In this document: one piece after another, positions 40,070 to 50,783 of the stretch
Layout: each line of letters begins with the position of its first letter
Numbering within the stretch: position 1 is the first letter of the stretch
Position numbers and translations under genes: made by a program
Source: an uncultured virus (IMG/VR IMGVR_UViG_2675903599_000007)
Taxonomy: Duplodnaviria > Heunggongvirae > Uroviricota > Caudoviricetes
Reading direction: 5' to 3' (one strand)
Length of the DNA stretch: 64,000 nt
Virus record (IMG/VR): IMGVR_UViG_2675903599_000007
Notes under the pieces: generated by a model
Told to the model about the DNA's origin: nothing
Seen by the model: the letters and a program-made list of their open reading frames with translations, nothing else
The model's database searches: none

Positions 40070-42480
40070 GTCATGACGATATGAGCAACTCTAGCGGCTT
40101 TAACGAGGCCGCTGCATCATTTTCATGGAACGGCCCGAAAAAGGCCATTAATCCTTATCTGGACCCGGCGGAAGTTGCGCCGGAGTCTGCACTTTCAAAC
40201 CTGATCACTCTGTATGCTGCCGATAACGAGCAGGAACAACTGCGCCGCGAGGCACTGAGTGAGCAGGTCTGGGAGCGTTATTTCTTTAATGAATCCCGTG
40301 ATCCTGTCCAGCGCGAAATGGAGCAGGATAAGCTCATTAGCCGGGTAAAGCTGGCGCATGAGCAGCAGCGTTTTAATCCAGACATGGTCATTCTGGCTGA
40401 CGTCAACGCCCAGCCTTCCCATATCAGCAAGCCGCTGATGCAACGTATTGAATACTTCAGCAGCCTGGGCAGGCCAAAGGCTTATTCCCGCTATTTGCGT
40501 GAGACGATTAAGCCATGTCTGGAACGACTGGAGCATGTACGCGACAGTCAGCTATCCACTTCTTTTCGCTTTATGGCAAGCCATGAAGGGCTGGACGGCC
40601 TGCTGATCCTGCCTGAAATGAGTCAGGATCAGGTGAAACGCCTGTCTACCCTTGTCGCTGCGCATATGAGCATGTGTCTTGATGCCGCTTGTGGTGATTT
40701 GTACGCCACCGATGATGTTAAGCCAGAAGAAATCCGCAAGACATGGGAAAAGGTGGCAGCGGAAACCCTACGTTTGGATGTCATCCCGCCTGCGTTTGAG
40801 CAACTCCGTCGGAAAAGAAACCGCCGTTAACCAGTGCCCTATGAACTCATTCCGGGCTCGCTGGCGCGTATGCTGTGCGCCGACTGGTGGTATCGGAAAT
40901 TGTGGAAGATGCGTTGTGAATGGCGGGAAGAGCAGTTGCGTGCTGTCTGCCTGGTCAGCAAAAAAGCATCTCCCTATGTCAGCTATGAAGCTGTGATGCA
41001 TAAACGTGAGCAGCGCCGTAAGTCGCTGGAGTTTTTCCGTTCTCATGAACTGGTGAACGAAGACGGCGACACGCTGGACATGGAAGATGTGGTAAACGCC
41101 AGCTGCAGCAACCCGGCGCATCGCCGCAATGAGATGATGGCCTGTGTTAAAGGTCTGGAGCTTATCGCGGAAATGCGCGGTGACTGCGCCGTTTTCTACA
41201 CCATTACCTGTCCGTCACGTTTCCATTCCACGCTCAATAACGGCAGACCCAATCCGACCTGGAAAAACGCGACGGTAAGACAAAGCAGCGATTATCTGGT
41301 CGATATGTTTGCTGCATTTCGTAAGGCGATGCACAAAGCCGGGTTGCGCTGGTATGGCGTGCGGGTGGCTGAGCCGCATCACGACGGCACAGTTCACTGG
41401 CACCTGTTGTGTTTCATGCGCAAAAAAGACCGCCGCGCCATTACTGCATTGTTGCGTAAGTTTGCTATCCGTGAAGACCGCGAGGAGCTGGGCAATAACA
41501 CGGGGCCGCGCTTTAAGTCTGAGCTGATTAACCCGCGCAAAGGAACGCCGACAAGCTACATAGCGAAATACATCAGTAAGAACATTGACGGGCGTGGTCT
41601 GGCTGGCGAGATCAGCAAGGAAACGGGTAAATCTCTTCGTGATAACGCTGAATACGTGAATGCCTGGGCGTCTTTGCATCGTGTTCAGCAATTCCGCTTC
41701 TTTGGTATTCCGGGGCGTCAGGCTTACCGTGAACTGCGATTGCTGGCTGGTCAGGCGGCAAGGCAGCAGGGTGACAAAAAAGCAGGTGTGCCGGTACTGG
41801 ATAACCCGCGCCTTGATGCCATTCTGGCTGCTGCTGATGCTGGTTGTTTTGCCACCTATATCATGAAGCAGGGAGGTGTACTGGTTCCCCGTAAATATCA
41901 CCTCATCAGAACTGCTTATGAAATTAACGAAGAGCCGACCGCCTATGGCGATCACGGTATTCGTATTTATGGCATCTGGTCACCCATTGCAGAGGGCAAG
42001 ATCTGCACTCATGCAGTGAAGTGGAAAATGGTTCGTAAGGCCGTTGACGTTCAGGAGGCGGCAGCCGACCAGGGCGCTTGCGCCCCTTGGACTCGTGGCA
42101 ATAACTGTCCCCTTGCTGAAAATTTGAACCAACAAGGGAAAGACAAATCAGCTGATGGGGATACCAGGACGGACATTACCCGCATGGATGACAAGGAGTT
42201 GCACGATTACCTGCACAGTATGAGCAAAAAAGAGCGCCGGGAACTGGCTGCAAGGTTACGCCTGGTGAAACCGAAACGGCGTAAAGACTACAAACAGCGA
42301 ATTACAGACCATCAGCGACAGCAGCTCGTCTATGAACTGAAGTCCAGAGGATTTGATGGCAGCGAGAAAGAGGTCGATTTACTCCTTCGCGGCGGCAGTA
42401 TTCCATCAGGAGCAGGCCTGCGTATCTTCTATCGGAACCAGCGTTTGCAGGAAGATGATAAGTGGCGAAACCTGTATTAA
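40066..42480 (+). pseudogene. A: P2-type replication endonuclease gpA with in-frame TAA at 40828-40830
   Basis: Two in-frame ORFs separated by one stop (RNRR*PVPYEL); [27 protein letters not shown] motifs. Confidence 0.9.
42080..42110 (+). other. P2-type rolling-circle origin inside gene A
   Basis: GCGCCCCTTGGACTCGTGGCAATAACTGT resembles P2 ori GCGCCTCGGAGTCCTGTCAATAACTGT. Confidence 0.65.
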
Positions 42481-42574
42481 TTACGCGGGTTAACAATTCG
42501 TGCTCTTAATAATACCAGGCATATCAGGCTGATGAACGTAAAAAAACGTTTTACATCAGTAATATTATTATATA

Positions 42575-42605
42575 CTGTAAATATAAACAGTGGCTATACA
42601 TACAG
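42575..42605 (+). promoter_or_regulatory. Overlapping LexA boxes of the tum-dinI operon
   Basis: CTGTAAATATAAACAG 42575-42590 and GTGGCTATACATACAG 42590-42605. Confidence 0.85.
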
Positions 42606-42633
42606 TGTTGCTTGTGGTGTCATAGGAGGAAAG

Positions 42634-42822
42634 ATGCAGGACTATTTTTTGGAGTCTTTGAAGCTCCAGCGCATTGATTTTTTTCTTAAGCTTGTAGCGG
42701 CTAGTGAGTGTAGTGATGAAGAGAAGGGGCTGGCTTTGCAGTGGGTTTCTGAACTGACAGATGAACTCATGGCAAAAATCAGAACCCACGAATACAACCG
42801 CTCAATGGATGTCATCAGCTGA
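42634..42822 (+). CDS. SOS-inducible antirepressor (Tum-like)
   Basis: LQRIDF..KLVAA...EKGLALQWVSEL; AGGAGG RBS; follows LexA boxes. Confidence 0.7.
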   Translation: MQDYFLESLKLQRIDFFLKLVAASECSDEEKGLALQWVSELTDELMAKIRTHEYNRSMDVIS

Positions 42823-42832
42823 GGTGACTTTT

Positions 42833-43066
42833 ATGCGCATTGAAATAATGATCGATAAAGAGCAGAAGATTAGCCAGTCTACCCTGGACGCCCTTGAATC
42901 CGAGCTTTACCGCAATCTGCGCCCCCTGTATCCCAAAACGGTAATCCGTATCCGTAAAGGTAGCTCTAACGGTGTGGAACTGACCGGACTGCAACTGGAC
43001 GAAGAAAGAAAACAAGTGATGAAAATTATGCAGAAGGTGTGGGAAGACGACAGCTGGCTGCATTGA
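42833..43066 (+). CDS. DinI-family protein
   Basis: MRIEIMIDK...ALESEL...IMQKVWEDDSWLH. Confidence 0.85.
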   Translation: MRIEIMIDKEQKISQSTLDALESELYRNLRPLYPKTVIRIRKGSSNGVELTGLQLDEERKQVMKIMQKVWEDDSWLH

Positions 43067-43180
43067 TTTTGTCAATAGACGCTTGTTTTTTCTAATCAAA
43101 AAGGGTTACATATGAGTGAGAGGCGATGATCAATCAGATATCGCCTTGTTTTTTGTCAAGAAAAGAATAATAGGCTAAAA

Positions 43181-43858
43181 ATGAAAATTAATAATGTAGC
43201 GTTACCAATATCTCTTGCTGTAATCCTAACTGGTTGCGTACCACATGCTTCTAACCGAAATATCACTGCTATTGAAGTGGTGAAGCCTGCTATTGGGCAA
43301 AGTGCTACCGCCTACATGGGCGATCCCATTATCACATCTGCTACTGGATTTAAAACGGACGTATTAGAACTTGGTGCGGCTAATGGTGCATTGTCTTCTA
43401 TCGCTGCTGGTACATATTGCAGTGAGGGGAATGGAATTTATCGCAATTATCATAACCCTCAAGCTGTTGCGTTAAAAAATCTCTATGGGCAAATCGGTAA
43501 CTATGTTGATTATGTTAGTTACGATGCTGCAAAAAATGAGATATCACCGCCAAATGGCACTTCTTATACTGCATCAGAAATTTCTATCAAACGTGTTCCT
43601 GATGGGCTGTGTCGAGTGAGTAACTCATTGGTTAAGACTATCGAATACAATGGAAATGCAGGCGGTGTAATGAAGTTCACCTATCGTGAATTTGCAAACG
43701 ATATGGCTCGTGCAGCATTTACAACAGATTTTTCTGTAGATTCTAAAGGAAGTGATGTTATCGCTTACAAAGGTGCCAAGTTCAAAGTGAACAAGGCTGA
43801 TAACTCGTCTATTTCTTATACCATTATTTCTGGCTTTGACAAGGCTGTCACGTTCTAG
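43181..43858 (+). CDS. Moron lipoprotein of unknown function
   Basis: Lipobox LTG-C at residue 19; AT-rich; C-terminal IEYNG...KFTYREF..DMARAAF. Confidence 0.8.
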   Translation: MKINNVALPISLAVILTGCVPHASNRNITAIEVVKPAIGQSATAYMGDPIITSATGFKTDVLELGAANGALSSIAAGTYCSEGNGIYRNYHNPQAVALKNLYGQIGNYVDYVSYDAAKNEISPPNGTSYTASEISIKRVPDGLCRVSNSLVKTIEYNGNAGGVMKFTYREFANDMARAAFTTDFSVDSKGSDVIAYKGAKFKVNKADNSSISYTIISGFDKAVTF

Positions 43859-44031
43859 GTTTCACGCTTACTGAGTATGTTACGATTTTGCACATTCTGC
43901 ATAAACGCGCATGTCTATGCTGCATGAGATCGCATGATCGTTTGAGGATCTTTTGTGTTAAGGCCCGCCAGTTCTAGCGGGCTTTTGCGTAGATCATGCA
44001 GGTGCATGAAAACCACTACATAAAGTGGGCA

Positions 44032-44050
44032 GGCGTGGCGGGGATACGAG
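44032..44050 (+). other. cos site (19-nt cohesive end)
   Basis: GGCGTGGCGGGGATACGAG resembles phage 186 GGCGTGGCGGGGAAAGCAT; lies between A and Q. Confidence 0.8.
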
Positions 44051-44133
44051 CGCGCGCTGGAGGGATAAATGGAATTGAAAATGTACCTTCTTAGAGATAA
44101 CCTTCGCTAAAACTTTATTACTAAGGAGTGATA

Positions 44134-45876
44134 ATGAGTACCTGGAACCAAGCCTATTCTGCAAGAGAAGATTTGAAATCGTATGGTGATAATGGACTGG
44201 CTTTGTTTGCGTTAGCATTACATTTCAGAATTGATGATATTGATAGTGTCGCAGCAGAGTCCATTACCGATGGACATGACGATAAGAAATGTGACCTTGT
44301 GTATATTAATGAAGAAGAAGAATTTGCTGTACTTGCTCAATGCTATTTCTCAAGCAAAGATAGACAGGAAGCTCCAGCAAATAAAGCGAGTGATCTTAAT
44401 ATTGCTTTAGCATGGCTTCTGCAAAGAGATTTGCATGATGTACCCGATAGAATAAAATCTTCTGCTCAACAGATACGGACATCAATCAAACAAGGGAAAA
44501 TTAAAACTCTGTACGTTTGGTATGTTCATAACTTACCATCTTCAACAAATGTGGCTCAAGAGCTAATTACGGTTCAGCAGACAGCAGCAACTATTTTAAA
44601 ACATGATTTTGAAGATGCTAAAATACAAGTGCATGCAATGGAAGTAGGCACTGAAAAGTTGACGGAATGGTATAGTGAATCACTATCACCAATACTGGTT
44701 GATGAGATTTTCAATATTAAAGTCAGTGATGGTGGCTATGAAATAAAAGGAGATAATTGGAATGCATTCTGTACTACCATTCAGGGAAGAGATTTAGCTA
44801 GAGCGTACAAAAAGCATAAATTAAAAATATTTTCAGCAAATGTTAGAGACTACCTTGGATCAAGGTCATCTGATTCAAATATCAATAATGGTATCCGTAA
44901 CAGTGCGGAAAATTCAGCATCAGAATTTTGGGCATACAATAATGGCGTAACTGTTTTGGTTCATGAATATAAATTCAATGAAGCATCAAAGAATCTTGAA
45001 ATCAGAGGGATGTCAATAGTTAATGGAGCACAGACAACAGGTGCTTTAGGAACGCTGCCACGATTACCTCCAGAATCAGTTAAAGTCCAAGCTAGATTTA
45101 TAAAAGTCAAAGATGCGGATGCTGATCTAATTCAGAATATAATTCAGTATAATAACAGTCAGAATAAAGTTGAAGCATCTGATTTCAGAAGCACAGACAA
45201 AATTCAAAAACGACTTAAAAATGAATTTGCTTCTATTCCTGATGCTGAATATGATGGAGGAAGACGAGGAGGTGCTGAAAGTGTCATTCGTCGAAAAACT
45301 AATCTACTGCCTTCTTATACTGTTGGTCAAGCTTTGATGAGTTTCCATGGAGAGCCGACGATAGCTTATAATCAGCGATCTGCAATTTGGACTAATGACT
45401 CTCATTATTCTAAGATTTTTAATGACAGTACAAAAGCTTCACATATTGTTTGTGCGTATTCTCTCATGCGGTGTATTGAGAACAAGAAAATAGCTTTGGC
45501 AAAGAAAGATACTCTTTCAAAAAATGATAGCGCTCAATTGGGATATCTCAGGCATCGTGGTTCAATACCTTTATTGTGCTCGGCTATTGCCGAATGTTTG
45601 GAAAACTTTTTGGGCCGTCCCGTTCCTAATTTATTTAGAGTTTCGTTTGGAAGTACGGTCTCTCCTTCTCAGGCTGAAAGTATTTGGGAGCCAATTGTAG
45701 ATGTGTGTCTGGCTTTAAGTAATCAGTTGCTGCCTGCACTGGTTGAAGGAGGGTTGAAAAGTCCTACAAAAGTTAAAGATTGTATATCAAATTTTTCACA
45801 GCTTATTACTGCAACGGCCCAAATGAACCAGCCTGTATATGAGGCATTTGAGAAAAAAATCAAATCCGCATTCTAA
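44134..45876 (+). CDS. AIPR-family (abortive infection phage resistance) protein
   Basis: ANVRDYLG, FWAYNNGVT, SIVNGAQT, NNSQN motifs; N-terminal DGHDDKKCD...Q nuclease-like motif; AAGGAG RBS. Confidence 0.88.
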   Translation: MSTWNQAYSAREDLKSYGDNGLALFALALHFRIDDIDSVAAESITDGHDDKKCDLVYINEEEEFAVLAQCYFSSKDRQEAPANKASDLNIALAWLLQRDLHDVPDRIKSSAQQIRTSIKQGKIKTLYVWYVHNLPSSTNVAQELITVQQTAATILKHDFEDAKIQVHAMEVGTEKLTEWYSESLSPILVDEIFNIKVSDGGYEIKGDNWNAFCTTIQGRDLARAYKKHKLKIFSANVRDYLGSRSSDSNINNGIRNSAENSASEFWAYNNGVTVLVHEYKFNEASKNLEIRGMSIVNGAQTTGALGTLPRLPPESVKVQARFIKVKDADADLIQNIIQYNNSQNKVEASDFRSTDKIQKRLKNEFASIPDAEYDGGRRGGAESVIRRKTNLLPSYTVGQALMSFHGEPTIAYNQRSAIWTNDSHYSKIFNDSTKASHIVCAYSLMRCIENKKIALAKKDTLSKNDSAQLGYLRHRGSIPLLCSAIAECLENFLGRPVPNLFRVSFGSTVSPSQAESIWEPIVDVCLALSNQLLPALVEGGLKSPTKVKDCISNFSQLITATAQMNQPVYEAFEKKIKSAF

Positions 45877-45880
45877 CTAA

Positions 45881-45906
45881 AAGAAGGCCTTGTAAGAGGC
45901 CTTCTT
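45881..45906. terminator. Hairpin between convergent AIPR and portal genes
   Basis: AAGAAGGCCT-TGTAAG-AGGCCTTCTT. Confidence 0.65.
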
Positions 45907-45937
45907 GATATTTTACTGATCAGCGAACATATTGTCG

Positions 45938-46963
45938 TCATAATGAGTATGTCGCAAAACGAATAATTTCATCTTTCAACCATCTATTTAGTTCCTGTAG
46001 CCGTTTCTGTAGCGGCATTAATTCGTTACGAACAAAAACGCAACTGGCTTTCTCTACATCCCCAAACCCTCCAACATTATTAGGCATAATCCCCATCATT
46101 TGCGGCGGCACGCGGTGCGCAGCCATCATGTCGTCGCGGCTGACATTTTTGATATTCAGAAATTCATCCTTCGCCGCGACTTCTGATAACGGGATGATTT
46201 GAAGCCCGTCTTTTTTACCGTTAGGCGAGTACATAAACAGGTTACGGAAGTTACCAGGACCTTTGGCACTTTTCATCGCGTTGCGGAGATTGTTCACATC
46301 CTCCTGATTCTGCGCGGCATCGGTCATATACATGATGAAGCCTGCATGGCTGCCGTTGATGTAATACTTGCGGCGGAACAGCGTGGCGGACTCGTTGAGC
46401 AAAGCGGATGGGATGGCAGAAAGATAACCGGGCAGGCCGTAGATCTCCTGGTTGATGTCCGGTTCCATCAGATGAAAAATGCTGCCTTTCGTGAACTGAT
46501 ACGGCTGGGTTGTCATACCATATTGCACAAACCAGTAAGTATCCATGTCTAATCCGCGTCGGGTGTATTTTGCCAGAGCAGGCTCAAGGGCGATAACTTC
46601 ACCGAAGCGGTTAGTGCGTTTCTCCAGGTAGGCGTTACCAAAAACCAGATAGTCCTGCACAAAACGTGAAAAAGCCTGCTGGCTGAGCAGCGGGTGAGGG
46701 ATATAGGTGCTGGTCAGAATATTGCACTTTACTGCAATCGGTGAGCTGTGATGCACGGCGGCGCGGAAGGTTCGCGCCAGTCCGTCAAAACTCACTGGCG
46801 GCTCATACCAGCGATCTGTCTGTACGCATTCCACATAGTCCAGTAGTTCGCGGCGATCCAGAACTGGAATGGGATCGCCGAAGCTGAATGCTTCGGCTGA
46901 AGTCTGGCTTTTATGCTGGGTCTGGTTCTGCGACGCAGCGCGGTTCTTCTTACTCTTTCCCAT
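45938..46963 (-). CDS. Q: Portal protein gpQ
   Basis: AFSFGDP, WYEPPVS, QEIYGLPGY, AAHRVPPQMMG. Confidence 0.94.
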   Translation of the reverse strand: MGKSKKNRAASQNQTQHKSQTSAEAFSFGDPIPVLDRRELLDYVECVQTDRWYEPPVSFDGLARTFRAAVHHSSPIAVKCNILTSTYIPHPLLSQQAFSRFVQDYLVFGNAYLEKRTNRFGEVIALEPALAKYTRRGLDMDTYWFVQYGMTTQPYQFTKGSIFHLMEPDINQEIYGLPGYLSAIPSALLNESATLFRRKYYINGSHAGFIMYMTDAAQNQEDVNNLRNAMKSAKGPGNFRNLFMYSPNGKKDGLQIIPLSEVAAKDEFLNIKNVSRDDMMAAHRVPPQMMGIMPNNVGGFGDVEKASCVFVRNELMPLQKRLQELNRWLKDEIIRFATYSL

Positions 46964-48729
46964 CAAAAAATCTCCACAATATTACTGGTATTGGCGGACT
47001 CGCCCTGCAGTGGTTCGTTAAACAGTGCGTGCATTGTTGCCCACGCCAGATCGGCGTGGCTGGTTTCTTCGCTGCGGCTGGCTTCATACGTCGGGCGGTT
47101 GCCACTGGCGGTGGTGGCGCGACGGATTGCCATGAATGACTGCGCAATGTCGGTGTGCCCGGCGTCAAACTCCAGACGGCGGTGGCTGATAATGTCGTAG
47201 GCCTTGAGTACCAGAGCGTTTTTAACGTTGGGGTTGTAGACAAACTCCCGGACGGCAGGAAAAAACGCTTTCACGTTCTCGTAAACCCCGTGACCGACGC
47301 CGGTTGAGTCGATACCGATGTATGTCACGTTGTACTGTTCAGTCAGTTTTTTGATGGCGTCAGCCTGGGCGCGGAAGTCCATCCCGCGCCACTGGTGACG
47401 CTCAAGAATGCGGAACTTACCGCCCGGCACGGCTGGCGGTGCCACCACCACGCACCCGGCGCTGTCGCCGTTTTGCGTACCTTTTGCCGGGTCATAACCG
47501 ATCCACACTTCGCGCCAGCCAAACGGGCGCAGGGCCAGTGCATGAAAGTCGGTCCAGACTTCCCAGCTGTCCACCATGCACGCCTGCAGCTCGCTGAGCG
47601 GAAACACGGACGCGAGATCGTCCACAAACTCGCACATCAGCAGGTTCTGGTATTCGTCCGGGCTGTACTCCATGCGCAACTGGTCGAGATCGAACAGGTT
47701 ACATCCGCCGCGCACAGCATCTTCCACGGTGACTATCTGGCGGTATTGCCCGTCTGCGCACAGCAGGCCGGGGGCCAGATTGCTGTGGGACAGGTCGATG
47801 TCCACCTTATCGGCTTTGTTGCGCCCACGGTTGAACAGCGCACCGGACCAGAACGGATAAGCACTGTGTGTCAGGCTGGATGGTGTGGAAAAATAGGTTT
47901 GTCGCCATTTTTTGTGAATAGCCATACCGGAAGCCACTTTGCGCAGCTCCTGGAATTTCGGTATCCAGAAATATTCATCCAGATACAGGTTGCCGTGGTA
48001 ACTCTGGGCCGTGCGGGCATTGGTGCCGAGGAAGTAAAGCGTAGCCCCGCTGGGAAGCACCATCGGATCGCCTTTCAGCTCCACTTCCACTTCTTTGGCG
48101 AAGTCGATGATGTACTGTTTAAAGACGTGGGCCTGTGCCTTACTGGCGGAAAGGAAAATCTGGTTACGTCCGGTAAGCAGGGCGTCAATCAGGGCTTCAC
48201 GGGCAAAGTAAAAGGTCGCGCCGACCTGGCGTGACTTCAGCAGGTTGCGGATGCGGTTGGTTTTTCCGGCTTCCCACCAGTGGCGCTGGTAGTTGAACAT
48301 GGAGGAATGGAAGATTTCTTCCAGCTTCTCAATCTGTTCATCGGTGAAAACGTTCTTTTCCGGCTGACGACGCGGGCCTTTGTTGCGGTTGGCGACGTTA
48401 GGGTTTAAGTCGGCTTCGTTGCCGCCATTGTTAAACTTGCCGATCCGCGCGTGGCGCTCCGACTGGCGCGCCAGCAGGTCAATCTCTTTGAAATCTTTCC
48501 CTTCTTTGTGCTCCTTCATGATGAGCTGGCAGTAGCGTGCGGCGGTGGTGAGCTGCATCTGATCCAGCGGCCCATAGTCACCCCACTTGTCGCGTTTCTT
48601 CCAGCTGTGAACGGTTGCAACTTTCTCGCCCAGCATTTCAGCAATGCGGGCTACGCGATATCCCTGAAAGTACAGCAGCATGGCCTGCCGACGGGGATCG
48701 AGATCTGCGGATGTCAGTGTGGTGTTCAT
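46963..48729 (-). CDS. P: Terminase ATPase subunit gpP
   Basis: LKSRQVGAT, YLDEYFW, GYDPA, HADLAWA. Confidence 0.95.
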   Translation of the reverse strand: MNTTLTSADLDPRRQAMLLYFQGYRVARIAEMLGEKVATVHSWKKRDKWGDYGPLDQMQLTTAARYCQLIMKEHKEGKDFKEIDLLARQSERHARIGKFNNGGNEADLNPNVANRNKGPRRQPEKNVFTDEQIEKLEEIFHSSMFNYQRHWWEAGKTNRIRNLLKSRQVGATFYFAREALIDALLTGRNQIFLSASKAQAHVFKQYIIDFAKEVEVELKGDPMVLPSGATLYFLGTNARTAQSYHGNLYLDEYFWIPKFQELRKVASGMAIHKKWRQTYFSTPSSLTHSAYPFWSGALFNRGRNKADKVDIDLSHSNLAPGLLCADGQYRQIVTVEDAVRGGCNLFDLDQLRMEYSPDEYQNLLMCEFVDDLASVFPLSELQACMVDSWEVWTDFHALALRPFGWREVWIGYDPAKGTQNGDSAGCVVVAPPAVPGGKFRILERHQWRGMDFRAQADAIKKLTEQYNVTYIGIDSTGVGHGVYENVKAFFPAVREFVYNPNVKNALVLKAYDIISHRRLEFDAGHTDIAQSFMAIRRATTASGNRPTYEASRSEETSHADLAWATMHALFNEPLQGESANTSNIVEIF

Positions 48730-48775
48730 GGCACAAACCTACAGCCTTGAATGAAGGCTTTCCCCGCCTGCGGTT

Positions 48776-48793
48776 TGTGTGGTTGTCGGTACA
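48776..48793. promoter_or_regulatory. Ogr-type late activator site (TGT-N12-ACA) between P and O
   Basis: TGTgtggttgtcggtACA; same motif before V (55404-55421) and FI (62933-62950). Confidence 0.7.
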
Positions 48794-48871
48794 AATACCG
48801 TGCATTGTTTCACTGCCCTCATCACCGCAACCATAAGGCTCCAGTAAGTTTTTTCTAACGGAGCACGGCTC

Positions 48872-49705
48872 ATGACAGTGAAAGCAAAGCGTTTTCGCAT
48901 CGGGGTGGAAGGTGCCACCACCGACGGACGCGAAATCCAGCGTGAATGGCTGGAACAGATGGCAGCCAGCTACAACCCGGCAGTGTATACCGCGCTGATT
49001 AACCTTGAGCACATCAAGTCTTATCTGCCGGACAGCACCTTTAACCGCTACGGCAAGGTAACGGCGCTGTTTGCTGAAGAAATCACGGAAGGTCCGCTGG
49101 CAGGCAAGATGGCGCTGTATGCCGACGTTGAGCCAACGGAGTCCCTGGTGGAGCTGGTGAAAAAAGGCCAGAAATTATTCACTTCTATGGAAGTCAGCCC
49201 GAAGTTCGCTGATACGGGCAAAGCCTACCTGGTTGGCCTGGCTGCCACTGATGATCCAGCCAGTCTGGGTACGGAAATGCTGACATTCAGCGCCAGTGCA
49301 GCCCATAACCCGCTGGCAAACCGCAAGCAGAATCCCGCCAATCTCTTTACCGCCGCAGAGGAAACGGTGATCGAACTGGAAGAAATCCAGGAGGACAAGC
49401 CGTCCCTGTTTGCCCGCGTCACGGCGCTGTTCACCAAAAAAGAGCAGTCCGACGATGCCCGGTTCTCTGATGTGCATAAGGCCGTGGAGCTGGTCGCCAC
49501 TGAGCAGCAAAACCTGAGCGCACGCACCGAAAAATCCCTGTCTGAGCAGGAAGAACGCCTGTCTGAGCTGGAGACAGCCCTGCAGGCACAACAGGCCGCC
49601 TTTAACGAACTGGTGGACAAGCTGAGCCATGAGGACTGCCGCCAGGACTACCGCCAGCGTGCAACAGGCGGTAACGCCCCCGCTGACACTCTGACCAATT
49701 GCTGA
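48872..49705 (+). CDS. O: Capsid scaffolding protein gpO
   Basis: FRIGVEGATTDGR, INLEH, YLVGLAATDDPASLGTE. Confidence 0.94.
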   Translation: MTVKAKRFRIGVEGATTDGREIQREWLEQMAASYNPAVYTALINLEHIKSYLPDSTFNRYGKVTALFAEEITEGPLAGKMALYADVEPTESLVELVKKGQKLFTSMEVSPKFADTGKAYLVGLAATDDPASLGTEMLTFSASAAHNPLANRKQNPANLFTAAEETVIELEEIQEDKPSLFARVTALFTKKEQSDDARFSDVHKAVELVATEQQNLSARTEKSLSEQEERLSELETALQAQQAAFNELVDKLSHEDCRQDYRQRATGGNAPADTLTNC

Positions 49706-49721
49706 TGGAGCATAAAACCCG

Positions 49722-50780
49722 ATGAAGAAGAATACCCGCTTTGCTTTTAACGCTTACCTGCAGCAGCTGGCGCGTCTGAACGGTGTGGCAGCTGAAGAAC
49801 TGTCCAGCAAGTTCACCGTGGAGCCGTCTGTACAGCAGACGCTGGAAGACCAGATCCAGCAGTCCGCCGCTTTCCTGACGCTGATTAACGTCACGCCAGT
49901 GACTGAGCAGTCCGGTCAGCTGCTGGGGCTGGGGGTTGGCAGCACCATTGCCGGAACCACTGACACCACCGCGAAAGAGCGTGAACCTGTCGATCCGACG
50001 CTGATGGTCGATGTGGAATACAAATGCGAACAGACCAACTTTGACACGGTGCTGACCTACGCGAAGCTGGACCTGTGGGCGAAGTTTCAGGATTTCCAGG
50101 TGCGTATCCGTAACGCCATCGTGAAACGTCAGGCACTGGACCGCATCATGATCGGCTTTAACGGCGTGAAGCGTGCGAAAACCTCCAACCGTAGCGAAAA
50201 CCCGCTGCTGCAGGATGTGAACAAAGGCTGGCTGCAGAAAATCCGTGAGGATGCACCGGAGCACGTCATGGGCAGCACCACCACGGGCGGTGAAACCACA
50301 CCGGGTGCGGTGAAAGTCGGTAAAGGTGGCGAATATGCCAACCTGGACGCCGTGGTGATGGATGCCGTTAATGAGCTTATCGACGTGGTCTACCAGGACG
50401 ATGACGATCTGGTGGTGATTTGCGGTCGTGAACTGCTGTCTGACAAGTATTTCCCGCTGGTCAACAAAGAGCAGGAAAACAGTGAAAAACTGGCAGCCGA
50501 TATGATTATCAGTCAGAAACGCATGGGCGGTCTGCAGGCCGTGCGTGCGCCGTTCTTCCCGCCGAATGCGCTGCTGATCACCCGTCTGGATAACCTGTCC
50601 ATCTACTGGCAGGAAGACACCCGCCGCCGTTCAGTTATCGACAACCCGAAACGTGACCGGATTGAAAACTTTGAATCTGTTAACGAAGCCTATGTGGTTG
50701 AGGACTACCGCTGCGCCGCACTGGTGGAAAACATCCAGATTGGCGATTTCAGCGCCGCCGCAGCAGAAGCCGGAGCGTAA
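49722..50780 (+). CDS. N: Major capsid protein gpN
   Basis: QALDRIMIGFNG, NPLLQDVNKGWLQ, SVNEAYVVED. Confidence 0.95.
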   Translation: MKKNTRFAFNAYLQQLARLNGVAAEELSSKFTVEPSVQQTLEDQIQQSAAFLTLINVTPVTEQSGQLLGLGVGSTIAGTTDTTAKEREPVDPTLMVDVEYKCEQTNFDTVLTYAKLDLWAKFQDFQVRIRNAIVKRQALDRIMIGFNGVKRAKTSNRSENPLLQDVNKGWLQKIREDAPEHVMGSTTTGGETTPGAVKVGKGGEYANLDAVVMDAVNELIDVVYQDDDDLVVICGRELLSDKYFPLVNKEQENSEKLAADMIISQKRMGGLQAVRAPFFPPNALLITRLDNLSIYWQEDTRRRSVIDNPKRDRIENFESVNEAYVVEDYRCAALVENIQIGDFSAAAAEAGA

Positions 50781-50783
50781 CCT

